Part shown: one piece after another, positions 1 through 7,632 of the stretch
Numbering within the stretch: position 1 is the stretch's first letter
Layout of the letters: every line of letters begins with the position of its first letter
DNA from: Minisyncoccia bacterium
GTDB lineage: Bacteria > Patescibacteriota > Minisyncoccia > Phycocordibacterales > JAACPR01
Assembly (NCBI GenBank): GCA_044375695.1
Contig: JBILMG010000001.1
Span: 1 to 54,827, forward strand
DNA length: 54,827 nt
Direction of reading: 5' to 3'
Program-made: the position numbers and the translations under genes
Notes under the pieces: generated by a model
What the model was told of the DNA's origin: nothing
What the model saw: only the letters and a program-made list of their open reading frames with translations
Databases searched by the model: none

Positions 1-50
1 GGGACCAAAAAGAAAGCCGCGCAACGAAGCGCGGCTTTCTTTTTGGTCCC
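1..50 (-). terminator. Perfect hairpin downstream of tRNA-Met; its 3' arm overlaps the tRNA ACCA end
   Basis: GGGACCAAAAAGAAAGCCGCGC-loop-GCGCGGCTTTCTTTTTGGTCCC, a 22-bp perfect inverted repeat with T-rich tails on both strands. Confidence 0.6.
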
Positions 51-120
51 GGGGGTCGGACTCGAACCGACGGCCTGAGGCTTATGAGTCCTCCGCTCTA
101 ACCACCTGAGCTACCCCGGG
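44..120 (-). tRNA. tRNA-Met (anticodon CAT; an Ile2/lysidine type cannot be excluded); CCA is encoded
   Basis: Reverse complement folds as a cloverleaf: CCCGGGG TA GCTC..GAGC, loop CT-CAT-AA, GTCGG TTCGAGT CCGAC, CCCCGGG A CCA. Positions 1-72 are paired, so it is not an initiator type. Confidence 0.85.
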
Positions 121-260
121 ATTCGGGGAGAATATAGCACCTGAGGCCGCCTGTCACCCTTTACGGCTGGGTCCGGTCGACCGCCGATTGATCTTGCTCG
201 GGCCGTGCTTCCACAGATTCATTGCCCTGGTCGTCCGCCAGACCGTCTTAGGGCTTATAA

Positions 261-1019
261 TTGCGAAGACTAATGCGCCTAATCCTTTTCCTCTCGCTCC
301 TCATCGGCGCCTTCGCGGGCTACCTCTTCTGGTTTGCTGCGCCGGTCGAGGCGCCGCCCCCGCCCCCGCCGCCCCCTCCGGTCGAGCTGCACGTCGGCTC
401 GCTCGACTTAACCCTCGAGAGCTGGAAGATTTCGACGACGACAGAGTCCTCTAAGATTTACGTCGAAATGGAAGACCCGGGTCCTCGCCGCGCCGAGGTG
501 GTGAGCTTCGTCGAGCGCATCCTCTACGGCTACGTGGACATGATTGACCCAGCTGCCATGCCCGTCGACGAGCTCACCTGGATCCGCGAGTCTGGCCGCC
601 CCTACGATTTCTCGGCGTCTGGCTACCTCACGCTCGGCGAGGGTGGCCGCTCGAGCTATCGCCTCGAAATTGGCTACGACACCGGCGGCGCGCACCCCAA
701 CAGCGTCGTCGTGACCGAAAGCTACGGTCCGAACGGGGAGCGTCTCACGCTCGAAGATGTGCTCGGGCAAAACCAGACGCTCGCGCGGCTGTCGGCGGCT
801 ACGCGCCCGCGCCTCCTGGCAAAAATCCGCGAGTGGGTGGGGGACGAGGAACCCTACGAGCCAGGCGAAGATTTCGACGCCGGCACCGCGCCCTCGCCCG
901 AGAACTACCAGAGCTGGTACCTCTCGGGAGGGGATATTGTGATCTCGTTCGGCTCGTACCAGGTCGGCCCGTACACGCTCGGCAGCTACGACGTACCGGT
1001 GCCGATCGGGGAGGTTTAG
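261..1019 (+). CDS. Membrane-anchored DUF3298/DUF4163-like protein
   Basis: N-terminal TM helix, a proline run, and the motif YDTGGAHPNS typical of DUF3298; high GC3 in this frame. Confidence 0.6.
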   Translation: MRRLMRLILFLSLLIGAFAGYLFWFAAPVEAPPPPPPPPPVELHVGSLDLTLESWKISTTTESSKIYVEMEDPGPRRAEVVSFVERILYGYVDMIDPAAMPVDELTWIRESGRPYDFSASGYLTLGEGGRSSYRLEIGYDTGGAHPNSVVVTESYGPNGERLTLEDVLGQNQTLARLSAATRPRLLAKIREWVGDEEPYEPGEDFDAGTAPSPENYQSWYLSGGDIVISFGSYQVGPYTLGSYDVPVPIGEV

Positions 1020-1050
1020 GTAAATTCTCGCGGTCGCAGACAGGGCTCCG

Positions 1051-1117
1051 CGGCATCGCTGCGGCTTTCGAGTCCCACCGCGGGACGCGCAGGCGTCCCG
1101 CTTCGCTCGCGCAAATG
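1051..1117 (-). repeat. Second copy (5' part only) of the tRNA-Asp-matched structured element
   Basis: 67 bp identical to 1351-1417, exactly 300 bp away. Contains the anti-acceptor GCGAGCG, the hairpin GGGACGC-CTGC-GCGTCCC, TGGGACTCGAA and the start of the scaffold. Confidence 0.85.
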
Positions 1118-1152
1118 GAAACCGCCTACTTTTGCCGGGCAGTCTTCGTTTT

Positions 1153-1212
1153 CGCAGCTAGGGACTCGGTCACGAATCACTAAGTCTTTCGGAGTCCTCT
1201 GTTTCTAGAGTC
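1153..1212 (-). repeat. Degenerate 3' fragment of a tRNA-linked structured element
   Basis: The minus strand reads ...GACTTAGTGATTCGTGACCGAGTCCCTAGCTGCG, matching the scaffold 3' end CTTAGTGACTCGTGACCGAG plus a decayed CCTAG..GCAG-like tail. Confidence 0.55.
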
Positions 1213-1249
1213 AGGCGCCGAACGATCAATCAGTGCCGATTGCGCACGA

Positions 1250-1412
1250 CTCGGTCACGGGTTACTAAGCCGTTTGGAATCCTTTGATTCTCGAGCGGAT
1301 TCCAAACGTCTAAGTACCCGCGACCCCGCCTCGCGGCCGTTGGCGGCCAACGGCATCGCTGCGGCTTTCGAGTCCCACCGCGGGACGCGCAGGCGTCCCG
1401 CTTCGCTCGCGC
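1250..1412 (-). repeat. tRNA-linked structured element, tRNA-Asp-matched copy (candidate structured RNA, same sense as the tRNA)
   Basis: The minus strand reads GCGAGCG-AGC-[GGGACGC CTGC GCGTCCC]-GCG-GTGGGACTCGAAAGCCGCAGCG...GGGGTCGCGGGTACTTAG..hairpin..CTTAGTAACCCGTGACCGAG. The arms are the reverse complement of the tRNA-Asp T loop, T stem and acceptor. Confidence 0.8.
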
Positions 1413-1450
1413 AAATGAAAACGCCCCCTTGCGGGGGCGCGTTTTCATTT
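1413..1450 (-). terminator. Terminator hairpin after tRNA-Asp
   Basis: AAATGAAAACGCGCCCCC-GCAA-GGGGGCGTTTTCATTT on the minus strand; the stem extends into the tRNA 3' end and the element 5' end. Confidence 0.7.
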
Positions 1451-1451
1451 G

Positions 1452-1525
1452 CGCGAGCGATGGGACTCGAACCCACAGCCTCCCGCGTGACAGGCGGGTG
1501 CTCTAACCAGTTGAGCTACGCCCGC
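1452..1525 (-). tRNA. tRNA-Asp (GTC)
   Basis: GCGGGCG TA GCTC..GAGC, CCCGC CT-GTC-AC GCGGG, GTGGG TTCGAGT CCCAT, CGCTCGC G; no encoded CCA. Confidence 0.9.
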
Positions 1526-1615
1526 AAGGTTAGACGGCGAAAATCTAGCAGAGCTGAGCCGGGGGCGCAACGCGCCCCTTTCCCTAAAGGTTCAAAAGGG
1601 GTAATATCCACCCGA

Positions 1616-2155
1616 ATGCGTGAAAACAAGCGGTCCGTCGGGCGCTACCTCCGGTTAATTCCGGGAGAAAACGCCCGGCGGGCCGCCGCGCTTTTGGGGG
1701 CCGAAGAGGCTCGCTTCCTGGCAGCTCCTGGGTCTTCCTCCAAGCACCAGGCCTGGGCTGGGGGCTACCTAGATCACCTAGCCGAAACCATGTGGTTGGC
1801 CGAAAACTTGTACCGCGAAATGTCGGCGGCGCGGCCGCTGCCTTTCTCGCTGGGCGACGCGGTGCTGGTGCTGTACCTCCATGACCTAGAGAAGCCGTGG
1901 AAGTACCTCGAGCCGTTCGCCCGCTTCGCCGATGAGGGCGAGGAGCATCGGTTCGTCGGAGAAATCTGCGCCAAATACGGCATCGCGCTCTCGGCCGAAC
2001 ACGAGAACGCGCTCGAGTACATTCACGGCGAAGGCGAGGCCTACAGCCCGACCGAACGTCGCCAGGGTCCGCTCGCCGCCTTCTGTCACGTGTGCGACGT
2101 GCTGTCGGCTCGCGTGTGGCACGACGAGCCGGGGCGACGCCTTCCCGGGGTTTAA
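1616..2155 (+). CDS. HD-domain-like phosphohydrolase (hypothetical)
   Basis: The ORF in the track starts at 1274, but that N-terminus overlaps tRNA-Asp and the repeat, so I trimmed to the ATG at 1616. Motif LYLHDLEKPWKY. Confidence 0.55.
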   Translation: MRENKRSVGRYLRLIPGENARRAAALLGAEEARFLAAPGSSSKHQAWAGGYLDHLAETMWLAENLYREMSAARPLPFSLGDAVLVLYLHDLEKPWKYLEPFARFADEGEEHRFVGEICAKYGIALSAEHENALEYIHGEGEAYSPTERRQGPLAAFCHVCDVLSARVWHDEPGRRLPGV

Positions 2156-2204
2156 AAGCCGGGTTAGAATTCTGAGGTCACCCTTACCCTAGCCGCACCA
2201 ACCA

Positions 2205-3209
2205 ATGGAATCCCCCGAAAATATTCCCGCCGCCCCGGCTGTGCCCGAAAGTCTCGACGCGCTGCTCGCTACTATTCAGGGCGAGGTTCCCGCCGAGACG
2301 CTCGCCGCGGCCTCTGAGACCGGCGCCGAGGATGAGGCCCGACGTGCCCTCGAGGCCGCCGAGTCGCAGCGCGAGGCATACGAGCGCCTGCGGCCGCAAC
2401 TGGACGCGCTCGCCGAGCTCGCGCACGACCAGGACATCGCGCGCGGCGAGAAAACGTACGTTGCGCTCGTCGGCGACGTCGCGGGGTACGTGGCCGTCCA
2501 GCAAGCCGAGCGCGATCGTCACTACGAAGCGGGGGTCGCGATGAAGGAGGTTACCGAAGATTTCAAGGCGGCCACGGGGAAGACCTTCTACTTCTGTTCT
2601 GTTCCCTGGGAGCACCGGAACCACGACCTCGGCGTCTCGTACGTCGACGGCTGGTACGCGCACGCGGCTGACCTCGAGGGCAAAGACAAGACGGCTTACT
2701 TCGCCAATCGCTACGCGAAGCTCGACGTGGAATTTCCTCCAGAGGCGACGATTCAGGCCGCGCGGGCCGACGCCCGCAGCCGCCAGTACGGGCACGGCGG
2801 CAAAATCGGCGGCGAGCAGCTCCCGACTGTTTCGACGCCCGCCGAGTACCTCGACCGCACCCAGAAGTGGCGGGCGTACGTGCAGAGCAAGGAGTACCAG
2901 TTCAACGCCGAGGGTGCGGAGTACAAGGATCCGACGGTCCTGCCCGATAAGAACATGTACAGCTACAGCTTCTGCGTCGAGGCGCAGGGCATGACCCTCG
3001 CCGCGCTGCGCGCGCACGATCCAGAGGTCGCGGCCAAGGCGCTCGCGTTCGCCGAGAGCCTCCGCGGGATGAGCTCGCGCACGCTGGCGCGGGTCGGCGG
3101 CGGTATCAAGGCACTCTCGCCCGACGAGAAGGCAAAATTTCTCACCAAGTTCCAGGAGGAGAAGCGGAAGTTCGCGGAGAAGGTCGAGGCCGAAGCAGCC
3201 GCGGCCTAG
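2205..3209 (+). CDS. Hypothetical acidic protein
   Basis: 334-aa ORF with protein-like composition; the longer antisense ORF 2184-3371 is Arg/Leu-rich high-GC noise. Confidence 0.6.
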   Translation: MESPENIPAAPAVPESLDALLATIQGEVPAETLAAASETGAEDEARRALEAAESQREAYERLRPQLDALAELAHDQDIARGEKTYVALVGDVAGYVAVQQAERDRHYEAGVAMKEVTEDFKAATGKTFYFCSVPWEHRNHDLGVSYVDGWYAHAADLEGKDKTAYFANRYAKLDVEFPPEATIQAARADARSRQYGHGGKIGGEQLPTVSTPAEYLDRTQKWRAYVQSKEYQFNAEGAEYKDPTVLPDKNMYSYSFCVEAQGMTLAALRAHDPEVAAKALAFAESLRGMSSRTLARVGGGIKALSPDEKAKFLTKFQEEKRKFAEKVEAEAAAA

Positions 3210-4081
3210 TCTCGGATTCGCGCGGAGAAGCCCGCGGCGCCGTAGGCGTCGCGGGCTTTCTGTCCGATCTTTGCCTTCTCTTCTAGCTCCGCGAACGACG
3301 TTGCGCCGTCGCCGACTAGGCCGAGGTCGTAGGCGAGCTCGCCGGAGAAGCCCGGCAGGACGTAGCGCCACGAGAGGGGAATGCTGACGCCTGTAGCCTC
3401 CTCTGCGTGCATGACGATGCGCGTGGTGCAGCTGTTCCAGAGCGTGCCGTAAAACTCTGGGGCGGCGCGTAGCGAGTCGGCTGTCAGCGCCATGCCGGCG
3501 AAGAGGTCGCGCAGCGCCGGTGGGGTCGCTTTCAGCGGGTAGCGGTAGAGCTCGTGCCCGCGGGCGACGGCGCGCAGCGCTACCAGGTCTTCCTCGCTGC
3601 CAATCACGTAGGCTAGCTCGTACTGGTTGAACAGGCCTTTCCAGGTCGAGAACGGCTCGCCGCGCTCGCGGCGCGTCTCCATAGAGATGACGACGTGCCT
3701 GGGCGCGCCGCCGTCTTTGGGGCGGAACTCGAACGAGAGCATGGTGTGCGCCGCGCCGACGGCGCCGAACGGCTCGACAATGAAATCGGCGGCTACAAGC
3801 TCGTCTAGGTTGAACGTTTCCGTGCTCCAGGTTTCACGAGATGGCACATTCGGCTGGTCCCACCGGAAATCTCGAAAATTTTCTATGACAATAGCGTTCC
3901 CGTCGAACGAGGCGACCGCGGGTGACCGCTCCCAGTCTGGCTCCCAGTCTCGGTCGGCGCGCGGGTGCCGGAAAAGGTTCGCGGCCACGAGGGCTACCGC
4001 TACGATCCCGAGAACGGAAAATAAAATTCGGCGAGCGAAGCGCAGGGCGGTCCGGGTGATTCTGAGCGCGCGGCTGCTCAC
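3206..4081 (-). CDS. DUF4105 (Lnb N-terminal periplasmic domain) protein
   Basis: TM anchor, RDWEPDW, AHTMLSFEF, ISMETRRERGEPFS, YELAYVIGSEEDL, FYGTLWNSCTT; these match the DUF4105 pattern from memory. Confidence 0.75.
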   Translation of the reverse strand: MSSRALRITRTALRFARRILFSVLGIVAVALVAANLFRHPRADRDWEPDWERSPAVASFDGNAIVIENFRDFRWDQPNVPSRETWSTETFNLDELVAADFIVEPFGAVGAAHTMLSFEFRPKDGGAPRHVVISMETRRERGEPFSTWKGLFNQYELAYVIGSEEDLVALRAVARGHELYRYPLKATPPALRDLFAGMALTADSLRAAPEFYGTLWNSCTTRIVMHAEEATGVSIPLSWRYVLPGFSGELAYDLGLVGDGATSFAELEEKAKIGQKARDAYGAAGFSARIRD

Positions 4082-4090
4082 GGCTCAATC

Positions 4091-4756
4091 TTACGCGTTC
4101 GCCGCGGCCAGGTCTTCGGGCGTGTTAATCGGACGCCACGAAGGCAGCTCGACGGCGCAGAGCGGGTGCTCGCGGGCAGCGGCGCGCAGGGTCTGCGGGA
4201 GCCCCAGTTCGCCGCCCGCAATCGCGACCGGCGAGAGGCTAAAGACGCCGCGGTCGAGCGCGTACCCGCCGGTGGCAATCAGAATACCGGCCTGGCGCTC
4301 TGCCTCTGTCGGCTGGCGAAAGCCGAGCACCGTGCCGTCCTCGGCGACCTCGACGTGGTGGAAGTAGCCACGGCTGGCGCGGCAGACGCCGAAGCCGCGC
4401 GGCGCGCTGGCCAGCTTGGCTAGATCTTCGGCCGATACCAGGTCGTCGCCACCGAGCACGAGGAAGCGCTCGCCGAGGTGGGGCTCCGCGGTCTTGAGGG
4501 CGGCGAAGGTACCGCGCTCGGGGATTTGCCGCAGGCAGACGATGCGCCCCGCGTCTGGGCGTCCCGCGCAGTACGCCTCCACCTGGCTAGCCAGGTGCTC
4601 GACGATGACGAATACCCGCTCAATCTGCGGCGGCAGGGCGTCGAGGGTGCGGCCAAGGATAGGCGAGCCGTGCACGCCGAGCAGCGGCTTCGGGGTGGCG
4701 TCGGTTAGTGGCGCGAGGCGGCTGCCTTTCCCGGCGGCGAAGATTACGGCGTCCAT
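4091..4756 (-). CDS. Sugar-phosphate nucleotidyltransferase family protein
   Basis: MDAVIFAAGKGSRLAPLTDATPKPLL is the NTP-transferase G-x-G-x-R-L signature; an alternative GTG start lies at 4774. Confidence 0.8.
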   Translation of the reverse strand: MDAVIFAAGKGSRLAPLTDATPKPLLGVHGSPILGRTLDALPPQIERVFVIVEHLASQVEAYCAGRPDAGRIVCLRQIPERGTFAALKTAEPHLGERFLVLGGDDLVSAEDLAKLASAPRGFGVCRASRGYFHHVEVAEDGTVLGFRQPTEAERQAGILIATGGYALDRGVFSLSPVAIAGGELGLPQTLRAAAREHPLCAVELPSWRPINTPEDLAAANA

Positions 4757-4832
4757 GCCCGGCAAACTTATCACAGCGGCGCGATGGCGCGGTAAGGAGA
4801 AAGAAAAGGGCGGCTCACGCGAGCCGCCCGGC

Positions 4833-5384
4833 TTAGAATTCGAACAATTCTGGCGTCACAACGCCTGGGCAGAAAGCCGTCGTCGAGAACGCCACCTTAT
4901 CCTTCATGAGGCCTTCGACCTGCCCGAGGGTGCCGCGAACGAGCGCCCGGCCGAGCAGGCGCAGGCACGACGTGCCGAAGCGCGCCTCGCCGGCGCGGAA
5001 TATCTCGAGAGGGGATTCGAGCCGCTGGTTCGCGGCTTCGTCGTTGGGGTAGGGGGCTACCGTTTCAAAGTCGACGTGGACCTCGAAGGCGAGCAGCAGC
5101 CCGTCGAGCAGCGGCCCGTGAGGGTCGTTGCCGCGGCTCTTCTGCGCGAAGGTGCCCCAGTGGAGTAGGGAAGACTCGGGCAGGTCGATGCCGAACTCTT
5201 CCAGCAGCTCGCGCCGGGCAGCCGCGCGCGGCGTCTCGCCGCCGTAGATGCCCCCGCCGGGGAGCATGCCGAGACGGCTGCCGTACGTCGCGTCGGCGAC
5301 GAGAATTTTGCCGCTCGGGCTAATGACGATGACGAACGCGCCGTTACGGTGGTCGTCTCTTTGGTCTGGTGTATCAGGGTTCAT
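4833..5384 (-). CDS. NUDIX hydrolase
   Basis: Nudix box GGGIYGGETPRAAARRELLEEFGI. Confidence 0.8.
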   Translation of the reverse strand: MNPDTPDQRDDHRNGAFVIVISPSGKILVADATYGSRLGMLPGGGIYGGETPRAAARRELLEEFGIDLPESSLLHWGTFAQKSRGNDPHGPLLDGLLLAFEVHVDFETVAPYPNDEAANQRLESPLEIFRAGEARFGTSCLRLLGRALVRGTLGQVEGLMKDKVAFSTTAFCPGVVTPELFEF

Positions 5385-5475
5385 GGTTTCGCGGGAAGGC
5401 TAGCGCGCCTGCGGGTAAAATCAAAAATGCGACAAAGTTGCTTTTATTGGGCCGTGAGGTTAGCCTGACGGGGCA

Positions 5476-6246
5476 GTGCAGAACCTCTTGCCGGCCATTC
5501 TCGCCGCCTTCGCCGTGGCGCTCACCGCTTTCTCCGGCGCAGCTTTCCTGTCGCGCCGACTGGGCGAGTGGATCTCGGCGCGTCTCTCGCTCCTGGTGGC
5601 GCTCGCCGCCGGCGTGCTCGCCACGGTGTCGTGGCACGTTCTCGAGGAGGCCGCGCACGAGCTCGGTGCCCCGGTAGCGCTCGGCGTCGCCGCGCTCGCG
5701 GCTGCCGTCGCCTGGGGCGACCACCGCCTGGTGCCAGAGTCTCACTGCCACGACGAAGACGGCGTCGCCGGCCACGCGCACGGCCACTCGCACGTGCGGT
5801 CCGCGCGCTCGGTCATTGCCGGCGACGCGCTGCACTCGGCGGCGGACGGCCTCGCGCTCGGCTCGGTGTTCGCGCTTTCTCCGGCCGCCGGCTACGCCGC
5901 CGCGGCGGGAATCTTCCTGCACGAGGCGGTGCGCCAGTCTTCCCAGTTTTTCATTTTCCGCGCGGCGGGCTTCTCTCCGGCCCGGGCCATCCGCACGAGC
6001 GTGCTCCTCGCCTTCGCCGTCGTGCCCGGCGCCGCGCTCGGCGTCAGCCTCTCGGGTCTCGCCGACTGGGTAGCCCCGACTTTGGCCGCGCTCGCCGCCG
6101 GGGCCTTTGCCGAAATTCTCTTCTTTGACCTAGCCCCTTCGGTCGCCCGGGCCGCGCGCTCGTCGCGTCCGCTGCGCCACGTTGCCTCGTTCGCGGCCGG
6201 CGTCGTGATCGCCCTCGTCGCCTCGTCTCTCGGCGAAGGGCACTAA
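5476..6246 (+). CDS. ZIP family metal transporter
   Basis: Multi-TM protein with a His-rich loop (HCHDEDGVAGHAHGHSH), GDALHSAADGLALG and FLHEAVRQ. Confidence 0.75.
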   Translation: MQNLLPAILAAFAVALTAFSGAAFLSRRLGEWISARLSLLVALAAGVLATVSWHVLEEAAHELGAPVALGVAALAAAVAWGDHRLVPESHCHDEDGVAGHAHGHSHVRSARSVIAGDALHSAADGLALGSVFALSPAAGYAAAAGIFLHEAVRQSSQFFIFRAAGFSPARAIRTSVLLAFAVVPGAALGVSLSGLADWVAPTLAALAAGAFAEILFFDLAPSVARAARSSRPLRHVASFAAGVVIALVASSLGEGH

Positions 6247-6280
6247 AGGGCCTGTCTGTCGCCTGCGCTACAATGGGGGC

Positions 6281-7186
6281 ATGAAAAACGTTGTTATTGC
6301 CGGCGGAGCCGGTTTTGTCGGCGAGGCAGTCGCCGCGTCGTTCCTCGGCGACGAGTACGGCGTCGTGGTGCTCGATCGTGTCGCGCCCCGCTTCCCGAGC
6401 GTCGCCTACGTCCCGGCCGATCTTTCGGCCGCCGTCCCGGAAGACCCGCTCCTGCGGTCGCCCGAGGTGGTAGTGAACCTGGCCGGCGCGCCGGTTTTCC
6501 AGCGCTGGACCGCCGACTCCAAGAAGCAGATTATCGACTCGCGCACGCTCTCGACCCGTAACCTAGTGGCCAGCTTCGCCGACCCGCGCAACCGTCCGAA
6601 GGTGCTCGTGCAGGCTTCGGCGGTCGGCTACTACGGCGACGGTGCCGAGACCCACCTCGACGAATCTTCTCCTCGCGGCCTCGGCTTTTTGGCCGACGTC
6701 TGCGAGGCCTGGGAGGCCGAGGCCAAGAAGGCGGAAGCGTTCGGCGTCCGCGTCGTGATTCTGCGTCAGGCGACCGTGCTCGGGCCCGGCGGCTACCTCG
6801 CGGCTATCGCCCCGCTCGCCAAGTGGGGCTTCGCCGGCCGCCTTGGGTCTGGTTCCCAGTTTCTCCCGTGGATCCACCGCGAAGACCTCGGTGCGCTCTA
6901 CCTCGCGGCCGCCAAAGACGCCACGGTTTCCGGTGTGGTTAACGCGGTGGCTCCCGAGCAAATTCGGCAGCGCGAATTTGCCGCTACGCTGCGCCGCGCG
7001 CTCGGCGCTCCTTGGGAGTTCCCGGTACCTGCCTTCGCGCTGCGCCTTCGCTTCGGGGAGATGGCCGACGAGCTTGCCTTGGCCAGCCAGCGAATCGAAG
7101 CGACCCGCCTGCCGGCCGGCTTCTCCTTCTCGTACCCGAAGATAGAAGGCGCCCTTCAGGAGGCGTGCCTCGTCTGGCGCGGCTAG
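6281..7186 (+). CDS. TIGR01777/YfcH-like SDR epimerase family protein (DUF1731 C-terminus)
   Basis: N-terminal GGAGFVG Rossmann motif, SGSQFLPWIHREDL, C-terminal LASQRIEATRLPAGFSFSYP. Confidence 0.8.
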   Translation: MKNVVIAGGAGFVGEAVAASFLGDEYGVVVLDRVAPRFPSVAYVPADLSAAVPEDPLLRSPEVVVNLAGAPVFQRWTADSKKQIIDSRTLSTRNLVASFADPRNRPKVLVQASAVGYYGDGAETHLDESSPRGLGFLADVCEAWEAEAKKAEAFGVRVVILRQATVLGPGGYLAAIAPLAKWGFAGRLGSGSQFLPWIHREDLGALYLAAAKDATVSGVVNAVAPEQIRQREFAATLRRALGAPWEFPVPAFALRLRFGEMADELALASQRIEATRLPAGFSFSYPKIEGALQEACLVWRG

Positions 7187-7245
7187 GGCTTGGTTCTCGC
7201 GGGTGGTTTGAAAAGGGGAGGCATCCACGGTAGATTCCTCTTCGC

Positions 7246-7317
7246 GCCAGCGTAGCTCAGGGGTAGAGCAGCTCACTCGTAACGAGCAGGTCGGAGGTTC
7301 AAATCCTCTCGCTGGCT
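7246..7317 (+). tRNA. tRNA-Thr (CGT)
   Basis: GCCAGCG TA GCTC AGGGGTA GAGC A GCTCA CT-CGT-AA CGAGC AGGTC GGAGG TTCAAAT CCTCT CGCTGGC T; positions 31-39 form an A-C mismatch; no CCA. Confidence 0.88.
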
Positions 7318-7327
7318 CAGCGCGCTT

Positions 7328-7357
7328 CGAAAACCCTCCCGTCCGGGAGGGTTTTCG
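7328..7357 (+). terminator. Terminator hairpin after tRNA-Thr
   Basis: CGAAAACCCTCCC-GTCC-GGGAGGGTTTTCG followed by TTTT. Confidence 0.75.
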
Positions 7358-7364
7358 TTTTGCT

Positions 7365-7531
7365 CGCGCTGAGCCAGCGAGAGGATTTGAAGGCCGCAGC
7401 CGACCGAGCGTAGCAAGGTCCGGCCCCGTCCGAAGGGGCCGGCGGCGAGGCGGGGTCGCGGGTACTTGGCGGATCGGCGCTCTGGCCTTCAGAAATTTGA
7501 AGAGTGCTGATCCGCTTAGTAACCCGTGACC
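7365..7531 (+). repeat. tRNA-linked structured element, tRNA-Thr-matched copy (no regenerated 3' tRNA end)
   Basis: 7365-7391 is the perfect 27-nt reverse complement of 7298-7324 (tRNA T loop to trailer). It is followed by the scaffold GGCCGCAGC...GGCGAGGCGGGGTCGCGGGTACTTGG..hairpin..CGCTTAGTAACCCGTGACC. Confidence 0.8.
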
Positions 7532-7632
7532 AAATCCCCGAAATCAAGCCTGAGGCGCCTTTTCCGTGAGGACCTAGCACCGGCCTGAGCGCGACGGCGG
7601 GGCCGAGAGCGGTGACCACCCCCACCTCGCCA

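Noticed and set aside
1274-1615. N-terminal 114 codons of ORF 1274-2155
   Set aside because: They overlap tRNA-Asp and the structured repeat on the opposite strand. Coding plausibly begins at the ATG at 1616.
2184-3371. Long antisense ORFs (also 14554-15768, 20654-22045, 24445-25920, 34626-36251, 42766-44130, 52431-53765, 17466-18455, 8531-9202)
   Set aside because: They are Arg/Gly/Ala/Pro-rich translations lying opposite well-supported genes with recognisable motifs. This is the typical stop-codon-poor shadow-ORF pattern of high-GC DNA.
7298-7391. 27-bp inverted repeat as MITE/IS terminal inverted repeats
   Set aside because: One arm is the functional tRNA-Thr 3' end itself. No target-site duplication or transposase is present.
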